DNA of 42,949 bases from Octopus bimaculoides. Taxonomy: Eukaryota. The DNA lies in contig NC_068985.1 of the NCBI RefSeq assembly GCF_001194135.2, positions 27,963,232 to 28,006,180 of the forward strand, in the 5' to 3' direction. Numbering within the stretch: the stretch's first letter is position 1; each line of letters starts with the position of its first letter. Both the position numbers and the translations under genes were made by a program. Shown piece after piece: positions 12,311 through 23,554 of this stretch. The notes beneath the pieces are model-generated. The model ran no database searches and was not told the origin of the DNA. It was given only the letters and a program-made list of their open reading frames with translations.

Positions 12311-12638
12311 AGGAGCACTCTGTCGGTTACAATGACAAGGGTCCCAACTGATGCGATCAACGGAAAAGCTTGCTCGTGAAATTAACGTGCATGTGGCTGA
12401 GTATTCCACAGACACGCGTACCCTTAACGTAGTTTTCAAGGAGATTCAGCGTGACACAATATGGGACAAGGCTGGCCTTTTGAAATACAGGTACTACTCA
12501 TTTTTGCCAGCTGAGTCGACAGGAGCAACGTGAAATAAAGTGTCTTGCTCAAGGACACAACGCGTCGCTGGGAATTGAACTCACGACCTTACGATCGTGA
12601 GCCGAATGCCCTAACCACTAAACCACGTGGCCTCACAG
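12311..12638 (-). mobile_element. tRNA-derived SINE type E2 with CORE-like domain
   Basis: Head TGGTTTAGTGGTTAGGG...GAGTTCAATTCC, then GTGTCCTTGAGCAAGACACTTT; perfect 12-bp TSD AAGAACGAATAA at 12299-12310 and 12639-12650. Confidence 0.92.
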
Positions 12639-12698
12639 AAGAACGAATAACACGAATGTATACGAAGAATATAAAGGACAATAATTAGATAAATTAGT

Positions 12699-13082
12699 TG
12701 TTGTTGGCACTCCGTCGCTTACGACGTCGAGGGTTCCAATTGATCCGATCAACGGAACAGCCTGCTCGTGAAATTAACGTGCAAGTGGCTGAGCACTCCA
12801 CAGACACGTGTACCCTTAACGTAGTTCTCGGGGATATTCACCCTGACACAGTGTGACAAGGCTGACCCTTTCAATTACAGGCACAACAGAAACAGGAAGT
12901 AAGAGTGAGAGAAAGTTGTGGCGAAAGAGTACAGCAGGGTTCACCACCATCCCCTCCCGGAGCCTCGTGGAGCTTCGTGTATTTTCGCTCAGTAAACACT
13001 CACCATCGCCCGGTCTGGGAATGGAAACCGCGATCCTATAACCGCGAATCCACTGCCCTAACCACTAGGCCATTGCGCCTTC
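12699..13082 (-). mobile_element. tRNA-derived SINE type E1, (CAA)n tail
   Basis: Head AGGCGCAATGGCCTAGTGGTTAGGG; perfect 12-bp TSD AGATAAATTAGT at 12687-12698 and 13083-13094; near-identical to 24586-24968. Confidence 0.94.
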
Positions 13083-13382
13083 AGATAAATTAGTATAACG
13101 CCTGTAAAGTGTAACGCCTGTAAAGTTTAATAGAAGCGAAGCATTAAATAGAAAAAAAAAACAACACTCCCAAAAAGTATTCCATGAGAACAAAATATTA
13201 TTAGCCAATGAGAAATGTAAATGATCTTAATAAACCCTAGTAACAACGGTAGACAAGTCTAGACGTTTTCTAGCCTTAATTTGATTCCGTCATTCAAGTA
13301 TGATCATAATTGTATAGAGTGTTTAGTGATGAATATATCGTTATATATACAAAACGATTTAGAAATCTTTACAGCATTTAAC

Positions 13383-13420
<38 letters not shown>

Positions 13421-13430
13421 NNNNNNNNNN

Positions 13431-13540
13431 GAAACTCGGAGTTTTATCATGGCTACCGAATAAGTGTCACATATTTTTACAGATAAATTGCTCTATTTAC
13501 ATAATATTGAGGTCTCTTTCTTTTGTTGTCTTTCCTATCA
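13431..13540. mobile_element. Right arm of a palindromic (TA)n-embedded element
   Basis: Its reverse complement aligns to the left arm at 23555-23672; it starts right after a 10-N gap, close to the palindrome axis. Confidence 0.75.
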
Positions 13541-13559
13541 ATATATATATATATATATA

Positions 13560-13592
<33 letters not shown>

Positions 13593-13682
13593 ATATATAC
13601 AGTATATACAAATATTGACACACATATATATATACACATATTTACACACACACACACATATATATATATATGTATATATATG

Positions 13683-13716
<34 letters not shown>

Positions 13717-14094
13717 CACACGCACACACACACACATATTTGCATTTATGTATTTTACTAAAGTGTTATTCTCAAAAGATGACAGGGCGTTCATTGTCTC
13801 TGAAATACCAGCAATCTAACGGTGTTCAATTTTCCGTACAAAGTTTAACTGCCAGTGTTGATCACGTGCCTATCAGTATGAGCATTAAGACAGTTAATCG
13901 ACTATCCTAGAATCCTTGAGCCCTGAAATTCAACTGTTGTGGGGACCTTCATGAACGAAGTGGGTGGGGGAGAGTGAAGGCTGTGGTGAGGATGTGAGAA
14001 ATGTGAGAATGGGATACAGAGACGGGAGAGATAATGCAGATATTAAAATGCTCAATTGACTTCAACTTACCTCAGTTGTTAGGTAGTTTATATT

Positions 14095-14521
14095 CTTTTC
14101 TACTCTAGGTACAAGGCCCGAAATTTTTGGGGAGGGGGCCAGTCGATTAGATTGATCCAGTACACAACTGGTACTTAATTTATCGACCCCGAAAGGATGA
14201 AAGGCAAAGTCGACCTTGGTGGAACTTGAACTCAGAAAGTAAAGATAAATGAAATACCGCTAAGCATTTCGCCCGGCGTGTTAACGTTTCTTATTTCTTT
14301 ATTGCCCTCAAGGGGCTAAACGTAGAGGGGCAAACAAGGACAAACATAGGGATTAAGTCGATTACATCGACCCCAGTGCGTAACTGGTACTTAATTTATC
14401 GACCCCGAAAGGATGAAAGGTTCAGTCGACCTCGGCGGTATTTGAACTCAGAACGCAACGGCAGACGAAATACCACTAAGCATTTTGCCCGGCGTGCTAA
14501 CGTTTCTGCCAGCTCGCTGCC
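14095..14521 (-). mobile_element. Heterodimeric SINE family A (full tail-B monomer plus 5'-truncated tail-A monomer)
   Basis: Two central domains in tandem; perfect 19-bp TSD TTGTTAGGTAGTTTATATT at 14076-14094 and 14522-14540. Confidence 0.93.
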
Positions 14522-14627
14522 TTGTTAGGTAGTTTATATTAATACTAAGAGGACTACATTTGTCTCCTATTATTGTTGTCCGTTAACTTATAATACTAGA
14601 TAAATTTCCAATTTTTAAAATTCATTT

Positions 14628-15274
14628 ATTCTTTTAATTGTTTCAGTCACTTGACTGCGGCCGTGCTGGAGCACCGCCTTAAACGGTTTTAGTCGAAGAA
14701 ATTGACCCCAGGACGTATTCTTTGTAAGTCTAGTATTTATTCTATCGGTCTCTTTGCCGAACGGCTAGTTTACGGGGAGATAAACACACCACCATCGGTT
14801 GTCAAATTGTCAAGCGATGGCAGGGTGGTGGTGACAAACACAGACACGCATAAATACACACACACACATATGTGTGGTACTGCTCAGATGTCGAAACCAT
14901 AATGATATCCGTGAGGCAGCTGATGATGGAGGTATGTTCGATTATTGGTATGGCTGTTTTCGTATACTTGGAATAATGTTATATATATATATATATATAT
15001 ATGGGAGAATATACAAAAAATAACAACAGACGAGGACAGGTGGTGTAAATAACAAAAGTATATATTAGTATGACGCTCGGGAATATATATATATAAATGT
15101 ATGTATAATCGATGTGTTTCTTTCATCAGTTTCCGTCTACCAAATGCACTCATTAGGGTTTAGTCAACCCGAAGCTACAGTAGAAGACACTTGCCCAAGG
15201 TGTCACGCAGTGGAACTGAAGCCGGATCCACGTGGTTACAAAGCAAGCTTCTTATCACGCATTCACGCCTACGT
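14628..15274 (-). mobile_element. SINE family C with about 200 bp of foreign sequence in its microsatellite linker
   Basis: Both halves align to 17498-17922; 14875-15082 is absent from the other copies. Confidence 0.9.
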
Positions 15275-15668
15275 CTAATAATTGCCTATTATTCACCTTT
15301 CTTAACGCTTCGCGTATTAAACAATTTCATCGTTATTTAACAATTATGTTTCTTGAGAATGACGTTTTAGAATGTCTTAATACCACAATATTAGTGACTT
15401 CTTACCGAAACATAAGATGTGAAAGTTTTAGAGAAAATTATGTTGTGAAAGGTTACGAAATTCATACCGCATTATCTAAATATGTAAGTTTTATATGACG
15501 TGTTTCTCGTATACTGTGGTGAAAGAAGAATACTATAGTTCTGTTCATAAGCATTCACAACTCTTTATTACAAAGGAAATTATCTAAAATTTACAAAACT
15601 TACTCGAGGTTATTTTCTGATGTACTTGTTACTTTTCCTCCTGATTTTTATTTGTTAACAATATATAT

Positions 15669-16989
15669 AGGCTCAAGAGTGGCTGTGTGGTAAGTAGTTC
15701 GCTTACCAACCACATAGTTCTGGATTCAGTCCTACTGCGTGGCACCTTGGGTAAGTGTCTTCTATTATAGCGTCGAGCCGACCAAAGCCTTGAGAATGGA
15801 TTTGGTAGACGGAACCTATATATATATATATATATATATATATNNNNNNNNNNNNNNNNNNNNNNNNNNNNNNNNNNNNNNNNNNNNNNNNNNNNNNNNN
15901 NNNNNNNNNNNNNNNNNNNNNNNNNNNNNNNNNNNNNNNNNNNNNNNNNNNNNNNNNNNNNNNNNNNNNNNNNNNNNNNNNNNNNNNNNNNNNNNNNNNN
16001 NNNNNNNNNNNNNNNNNNNNNNNNNNNNNNNNNNNNNNNNNNNNNNNNNNNNNNNNNNNNNNNNNNNNNNNNNNNNNNNNNNNNNNNNNNNNNNNNNNNN
16101 NNNNNNNNNNNNNNNNNNNNNNNNNNNNNNNNNNNNNNNNNNNNNNNNNNNNNNNNNNNNNNNNNNNNNNNNNNNNNNNNNNNNNNNNNNNNNNNNNNNN
16201 NNNNNNNNNNNNNNNNNNNNNNNNNNNNNNNNNNNNNNNNNNNNNNNNNNNNNNNNNNNNNNNNNNNNNNNNNNNNNNNNNNNNNNNNNNNNNNNNNNNN
16301 NNNNNNNNNNNNNNNNNNNNNNNNNNNNNNNNNNNNNNNNNNNNNNNNNNNNNNNNNNNNNNNNNNNNNNNNNNNNNNNNNNNNNNNNNNNNNNNNNNNN
16401 NNNNNNNNNNNNNNNNNNNNNNNNNNNNNNNNNNNNNNNNNNNNNNNNNNNNNNNNNNNNNNNNNNNNNNNNNNNNNNNNNNNNNNNNNNNNNNNNNNNN
16501 NNNNNNNNNNNNNNNNNNNNNNNNNNNNNNNNNNNNNNNNNNNNNNNNNNNNNNNNNNNNNNNNNNNNNNNNNNNNNNNNNNNNNNNNNNNNNNNNNNNN
16601 NNNNNNNNNNNNNNNNNNNNNNNNNNNNNNNNNNNNNNNNNNNNNNNNNNNNNNNGTTCTCCACCGATAATGGTGCTTACATACCGAAGGGCTTGGTAAA
16701 AATTATTAATTGTTGATTTATTAATAAATTAATAAATTGATAAACCTTTACCCTTTTAATTTGTATATATATGTGTGTGTGTGTGTGTGTGTGCGCGTGC
16801 GTGTGTGCGTGTGTGTGTATTTGTGTGTTTATGTTTGTCCTTCCACCATCGATTGACAACCGATGTTGGTGTGTTTACGTCCCTGTAACTTAGCGGTTCG
16901 GCAAAATGTACTAATATTATAAGTACCAGGCTTACAAAAAAAAAAAAAAGTGCTGGGGTCGATTTGTTCGACTAAAAGCGGTGCTCAAG
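15669..16989 (+). mobile_element. SINE family C spanning a gap, 3' tail truncated
   Basis: 5' half at 15669-15816 and 3' half at 16820-16989; pairing across the gap is inferred. Confidence 0.75.
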
Positions 16990-17497
16990 AAATAATGCCC
17001 ATATTTCTGTTTGAGCCTCATACTCAATTTCATTTATTATATATTCCACTTTCCCTCTGCATATAAGACAAATAACCAGGATGTAAGTATTTCGTACCCA
17101 ATTACTGCCAATCATTTAATATTCCCGACAAATACATTTAACTTTCAACGATTGATTTCATATAGCTTTGTATAAGTACCATATTTTGATATAGTTCAAT
17201 ATTAACAACAGAGAGAACCTTATCTCATTACAATATTCCCAAGGAACATTAGATCGCCTGAAATCAATCTCCCTTCTCCAAGTAGGATAGGCAATAAAGA
17301 ATGTAATAAAAACAACGGTCTTCCTAATGCATACATTCATGCATGCATACATAATATATACACATAGCTGCATAGATACGTATATAACACACACACACAC
17401 ACACTCTCTCTCCCTCTCACACACACACACACGATTGCACACACACGCGATTGCACACACACACACACACACACAAACACACACATGTATATAGTTT

Positions 17498-17922
17498 CTC
17501 TTTTACTCTTTACTCTTTTACTTGTTTCAGTCATTTGACTGGGGCCATGCTGGAGCACCGCCTTTAGTCGAGAAAATCGCCCCCTGGACTTATTCATTGT
17601 AAGCCTAGTACTTATTCTATCGGTCTCTTTTTGCCGAACCGCTAAGTTACGGGGACGTAAACACACCAGCATCGGTTATCAAGCGAGGGGGGGGGGGCAA
17701 ACACAGACATACAAACACAGACATACAAACACACATACATTTATATATATAGACATGTATACGACGGGCTTCTTTCAGTTTCCGTCTACCAAATCCACTC
17801 ACAAGGCTTTGGTCGACCCGAGGCTATAGTAGAAGACACTTGCCCAAGGTGTCACGCAGTGGGACTGAACCCAGGCCCATGTGGTTGGTAAGTAAGCTAC
17901 TTACCACACAGTCACTCCTGCG
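17498..17922 (-). mobile_element. SINE family C, cleanest copy
   Basis: Complete head-to-tail structure with CAGTC-AAAT-GACTG hairpin and TAAAAGAG-type tail repeats. Confidence 0.93.
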
Positions 17923-18297
17923 TTTAAATATATTAAAGAACATACTTTAAATGTGCTAAGCTTAGAACGGCGAAACCGGTTAGATGTGTAAGTACCCTCT
18001 GCTGCTGAAAAACTATTTTTGTTTGTAATACGCACTAAAATTTATTAAGTAAATAAATTTTACGTAAAAGCATTTCAGGAAAATATTCTTCTCTCCCTTT
18101 TCTGTCTGGGCGAGTATGTGTGTAAAATTAACATTAGGTACACCTAAATATTTTTTACAATAAATCTGTTATATGAAAATATCATGCGATAAAATAATTT
18201 TGTTTCTTTAATTTCTTATATATCTATATATATATAAGCAATAATAAATCTCAGAGCAAGGTATAAACAGTAGTTGTACGATATCGTGAAGTATATT

Positions 18298-18478
18298 TGC
18301 CACTTAAATGTGGCTAACCCTTAAGGGTGGATGCTACTGTTGCTTGTAGCCCCAGGAAGACACCTCCTCCAGTTGGCTATTGACACACTTTCTGTGCCCG
18401 ATCAGTATTTGCAAATGGAAGTCATCTTTCCCATCTCCAGCCTGACGTGATACACACGGACCCGAGTTTCTGGGTCTT
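18298..18478 (-). mobile_element. Unidentified GC-richer segment, possibly a LINE 3' end
   Basis: Composition shift next to a gap and three consecutive small hairpins at 18299-18350; no diagnostic protein motif. Confidence 0.3.
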
Positions 18479-19841
18479 NNNNNNNNNNNNNNNNNNNNNN
18501 NNNNNNNNNNNNNNNNNNNNNNNNNNNNNNNNNNNNNNNNNNNNNNNNNNNNNNNNNNNNNNNNNNNNNNNNNNNNNNNNNNNNNNNNNNNNNNNNNNNN
18601 NNNNNNNNNNNNNNNNNNNNNNNNNNNNNNNNNNNNNNNNNNNNNNNNNNNNNNNNNNNNNNNNNNNNNNNNNNNNNNNNNNNNNNNNNNNNNNNNNNNN
18701 NNNNNNNNNNNNNNNNNNNNNNNNNNNNNNNNNNNNNNNNNNNNNNNNNNNNNNNNNNNNNNNNNNNNNNNNNNNNNNNNNNNNNNNNNNNNNNNNNNNN
18801 NNNNNNNNNNNNNNNNNNNNNNNNNNNNNNNNNNNNNNNNNNNNNNNNNNNNNNNNNNNNNNNNNNNNNNNNNNNNNNNNNNNNNNNNNNNNNNNNNNNN
18901 NNNNNNNNNNNNNNNNNNNNNNNNNNNNNNNNNNNNNNNNNNNNNNNNNNNNNNNNNNNNNNNNNNNNNNNNNNNNNNNNNNNNNNNNNNNNNNNNNNNN
19001 NNNNNNNNNNNNNNNNNNNNNNNNNNNNNNNNNNNNNNNNNNNNNNNNNNNNNNNNNNNNNNNNNNNNNNNNNNNNNNNNNNNNNNNNNNNNNNNNNNNN
19101 NNNNNNNNNNNNNNNNNNNNNNNNNNNNNNNNNNNNNNNNNNNNNNNNNNNNNNNNNNNNNNNNNNNNNNNNNNNNNNNNNNNNNNNNNNNNNNNNNNNN
19201 NNNNNNNNNNNNNNNNNATATATATATATATATACATATATACACATATGTATATATAAATACATGTACACATAATTACGCAATATATATGCTAGTTTCA
19301 GCTGGAGATGCTGTGTAGTTGCTGGGGCACTGCCGTTAATTTTGCTACACTTTCCTTACTTGAAAACATCCTCGGCTATGTGGAAGAATTTGTACGTGAA
19401 TTTTTGGCGAAATATACGTAATAATACTTCGCTTCATATGAATATAACAAAAAAATCAACAATATTCGGCAGCCGACGGAATAGGTTTTTAGATCATTCA
19501 AAACAGAGACGAAGAAGCTGTCCAGTCATTTGTTATCTGCTGTTTGGACAACAACCCTCAGCTAATGTCCCCAGACAGTTTAAAACCAATTTCTATCTCT
19601 GAAAAAATAGGCCAGTGATGCTACGTACTAACGATTGTTCCATCAAAACAAAAACAAAAACAAAAAGATAAAAAAATAAACTATTGAGAGACGTTCAAAG
19701 AACGATGTGAAATACCTAGAATGGTGGAAAAGATATATAGATACATAGTAATATGTATGACGTATATTATACACACAGAGACACACAGACACACAGACAC
19801 AGACACACAGACACAGACACATACACACACACACACACACA

Positions 19842-19877
<36 letters not shown>

Positions 19878-19879
<2 letters not shown>

Positions 19880-20052
19880 TCGTCCATTGCTCGAAATAAG
19901 GAGTAGAAGGACAGCCGACAACCGATGAAGAGTCGTTTTTTATGTTACTTGTCTTGTTTTCCATTGTTTCTCTCGTTCTTTGCGTACTGAACGTTATTTT
20001 TGTATTTCGTGTTGTTGACGTTTTGTGACGTCCTGTACTCGTATATGAATAC
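19878..20052 (+). mobile_element. Short (TA)n-flanked repeat fragment, possibly derived from a Penelope-like terminal repeat
   Basis: TCGAAA...CCGATGAAG arrangement like 14891-14926, followed by a T-rich tract; family call is from memory only. Confidence 0.3.
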
Positions 20053-20564
20053 CTATATAATACTTCGCGCTTTATTGCTATTTTTTATGCATTTGTTTCC
20101 TACTGACGTCCGTCTATGATTTAATCTGTGTTACCAAAATATTATCAAGCTACCCCTTCAAAAACGATGATCTAGGTCCATTTCTGTAATAAGCGATATA
20201 TTCCTCTTGTCCCAACTTATAAACACATACACACGCGCACGAAAGGAAAGTAACCACAGAGAATATGAATAGACAGATGAACAGAAGGAGAAAACAAAAT
20301 CTTACAAAACCTTCCTTAAAAGAAGCTTAAATCGTTTCCCATGCATACTGGATATTCCAGGTCAAAGCTGATTCCTTCAAATCTATCAACCATTTTCACA
20401 TGTTTTTTACAAATTAACACTAATCGAAGAATCCTGCAGTAGATCGAACTGCAGATTACTGAGAAGCACTGAAATTTCTAATTTTCACAAATCATGTTTC
20501 GTTTATAAACGTATTACGTGATGCAGCTGCGCAGCGAATCATTATTACAACATATATATATGTA

Positions 20565-20735
<171 letters not shown>

Positions 20736-21678
20736 CTATATGAGCTAGAGGTTAAGTAACCATCTAACGGATATTAAATATCCAATATATTACTGGGTGT
20801 ATACCTACCTATTTATAACCATGTGCTTACTGTTGCAGGGCAATCTTGCAACTGAATACTAGGTATGAGTGGGGGTAAAACAGAAATTTACCCAGGATTT
20901 ATAACGCAAATAAAAACCAGTAAACATTCAATTATATCTATTTATTAATTGATTACAAACATATGTGTAAGTGATCCAAGTAAACGAATGAAAGAAGCCA
21001 ATAAATACGTAAATAGATGTATCCATAGAAATAAATGAATAAGGATAGATGATTGTACAAATACTAAACCCTTACAGCTGTTTCTACCACGAGGCTGCCA
21101 AATCTTCCAATTTATCCTCATCACGTCAGTGATGTATAGGGATGAACAAACATTGGCCAGGGGTTGGACAATGTTTGAGCCCCAAGGCTTCGTCAGAGAG
21201 ACCAAATGTTACGAAACAAATATGTGGGAAAGTGAGTAAAAGTAATAGAGCAAAATAAAATTAAAATAATGTAATAGAAATAGTAAGAAATGGTAAGAAC
21301 TTCATTTTAAGGTGCTATTATAATCCATGGTATTACATGTAATGGTCAATAAAGTCAGTTTCAGGAGAAATTTCCGCAGAAATGTATGTATGGATAGATA
21401 CATGTGTATTTATTTATATATATATGTACGTGCATGTACATTTGTCTAGGTGTGTATGTATGCATACATATATATGTATATGTACGTGTGTGTATATATA
21501 TATGTATGTATGCATGTATATATATATATATATATATATATTTATCCATGTAGTGATAACACTACAGAAAATAGTGTTTTTGGTTTTTATCCTACCAAAT
21601 TCTGGTGCCTCAAACATTTTAAGTACCACATCTAATCTTTTGATTAAATCTATATTATTATAAATATATATATATGGG

Positions 21679-21698
21679 GAGAGAGAGAGAGAGAGAGG

Positions 21699-21730
<32 letters not shown>

Positions 21731-21804
21731 CAGAGAGACAGAGAGAGAGAGAAAGACAGAGAGACAGAGAGAGACAGAGACAGAGAGAGAGAGAGACAGA
21801 GCGA
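21679..21804. repeat. (GA)n/(GACAGA)n compound repeat
   Basis: Directly visible. Confidence 0.96.
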
Positions 21805-22079
21805 GAAATGTATACATACTTTTTGTTTATTATATGTAGGGGAATAAATATGTGAGCTAGCATGATCTTCCCCACCTCCCCTACCAAACCAAAATACATA
21901 TAAAAACGCTTCTGTCAACAAACATTTTTCATCAAATGACGTATCTGACACCTCATTAACATCACCACCCCAGACGCACACTGAAAACATAGAAAATGAC
22001 TAAAAGAAAGAATTTGGGAAAACATCTGGTCATTAGATTTCTGACACAAGGTCAGCTATACAAATGGCTTCACAAAACA

Positions 22080-22290
22080 CTCCTTTAACACCCCACCGCC
22101 TGCCAGCTCCACCCCCAGTCTAGTATCTTGAGTTGACCAATCACAACTTTCTTTCAGCTATCATTCATCAACAGTCTTTCCATGCCTCACTGATTAACAA
22201 CTCCACCCAAACACACCCAAACACACGCCACCCCCAAAACACCCAAATCTCATGTATAAAATCACAAAAGCCCAAATCCTCAGATCTGTT
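22080..22290 (+). promoter_or_regulatory. Candidate Pol II promoter-like motif cluster
   Basis: GACCAATCA (CCAAT 22137-22141), several CACCC/CCACCCCC boxes, TATAAAA at 22255-22261 and TCAGAT at 22280; no downstream gene identified. Confidence 0.25.
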
Positions 22291-23554
22291 CGGCAACGTA
22301 TGGAAGAAAGTTCTTCAAAGAAGTTACAAGAAATTTTTTTTTTAAATTTTCCACATCCAAGTTAACAATGAACTTACTAGATCAATGAACTAAAATTCAT
22401 ATTATTAAAAGATAAAAAAAAATAATAAATTAAACTGATTAGAACTACAAGAGAAGTTATTCTTTTTCTTTTTCCAAATATATATATATATATTAATATT
22501 ATATATATATGTCTACTTGCATATATTTATATAACCATACTTATATGAATATACCTATATAATTGTGGATGTATATATCTATGTGTCTACATATATGTGT
22601 GCACATAGGTATATTTACGGGTACGTGAGCGTCTATGTGAGTATATTGTCTTATGTATTTGTATATTGTCTTCAGTGTGTAATTTAATATCTTATCAAAT
22701 CAATCTCGTTCTTTTACTAAATCTAAATCTCTCCACTATTTATCTTCGATTCTAGAGCTGGTTTCAGTTTATTTTCCCTATTCCACATAGTGTGACGGGA
22801 TATCTTTCTCATTGTATCCTGCGTCTTTAACTTTTGGTGATTGCTATACTTTATTCAATGCATACATCGAGATCGTATAAGTAACCATATTGGATCACCT
22901 TTATTTTTACAAAACTCTCTTGTTTGCTACTGCATACATACATACATACATACATACATACATACATACATGCATACATACATACATACATATTTATATA
23001 AGTGTATGTGTATGTGTGTATGTTCAAGAATCTATGTGTTAGTGTGTCTGTGCCTACGTGTGTATAGTGCGAGAACGCGACAATGCGTACGTTTTTATGT
23101 ATGTGTGTTTTGTGGAAGCGCGTGTACGCAGAAAAAAATGCATATTTGCATACATAGCTGGAGGGCACATGAGCTCATGCTTAAATAAGTGAATAAGAAA
23201 TGAACACAAAAACAGATTACAATGAAATTTATAACAGACCAAGCCCTATCACCTATCGAAAAAAGCAATAAAACGAAAACCATCCATAGCATTATACATA
23301 CACGCAAACACACATATAAGTATATACGTATATTTATATACATACATACATATATATGATTATGGGCATGTATGTATGTGTATGTATGTATATATATATA
23401 TATATNNNNNNNNNNNNNNNNNNNNNNNNNNNNNNNNNNNNNNNNNNNNNNNNNNNNNNNNNNNNNNNNNNNNNNNNNNNNNNNNNNNNNNNNNNNNNNN
23501 NNNNNNNNNNNNNNNNNNNNNNNNNNNNNNNNNNNNNAATAATAACAATAAATA

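Noticed and set aside
12560-13082. tRNA-like sequences (heads of E1 and E2, also A and C)
   Set aside because: They continue into SINE bodies, are bracketed by TSDs and lack a complete acceptor stem; these are SINE heads, not tRNA genes.
13096-13126. 15-bp tandem duplication TAACGCCTGTAAAGT next to the E1 TSD
   Set aside because: An ordinary small slippage duplication with no further structure.
14065-14073. Perfect minus-strand donor GAG|GTAAGT
   Set aside because: No convincing acceptor or useful open frame upstream once the SINE is removed; about one such word is expected by chance in this length.
21040-21130. C/D-box snoRNA (GTGATGA on the minus strand)
   Set aside because: No downstream CTGA D box or terminal stem at a suitable distance.
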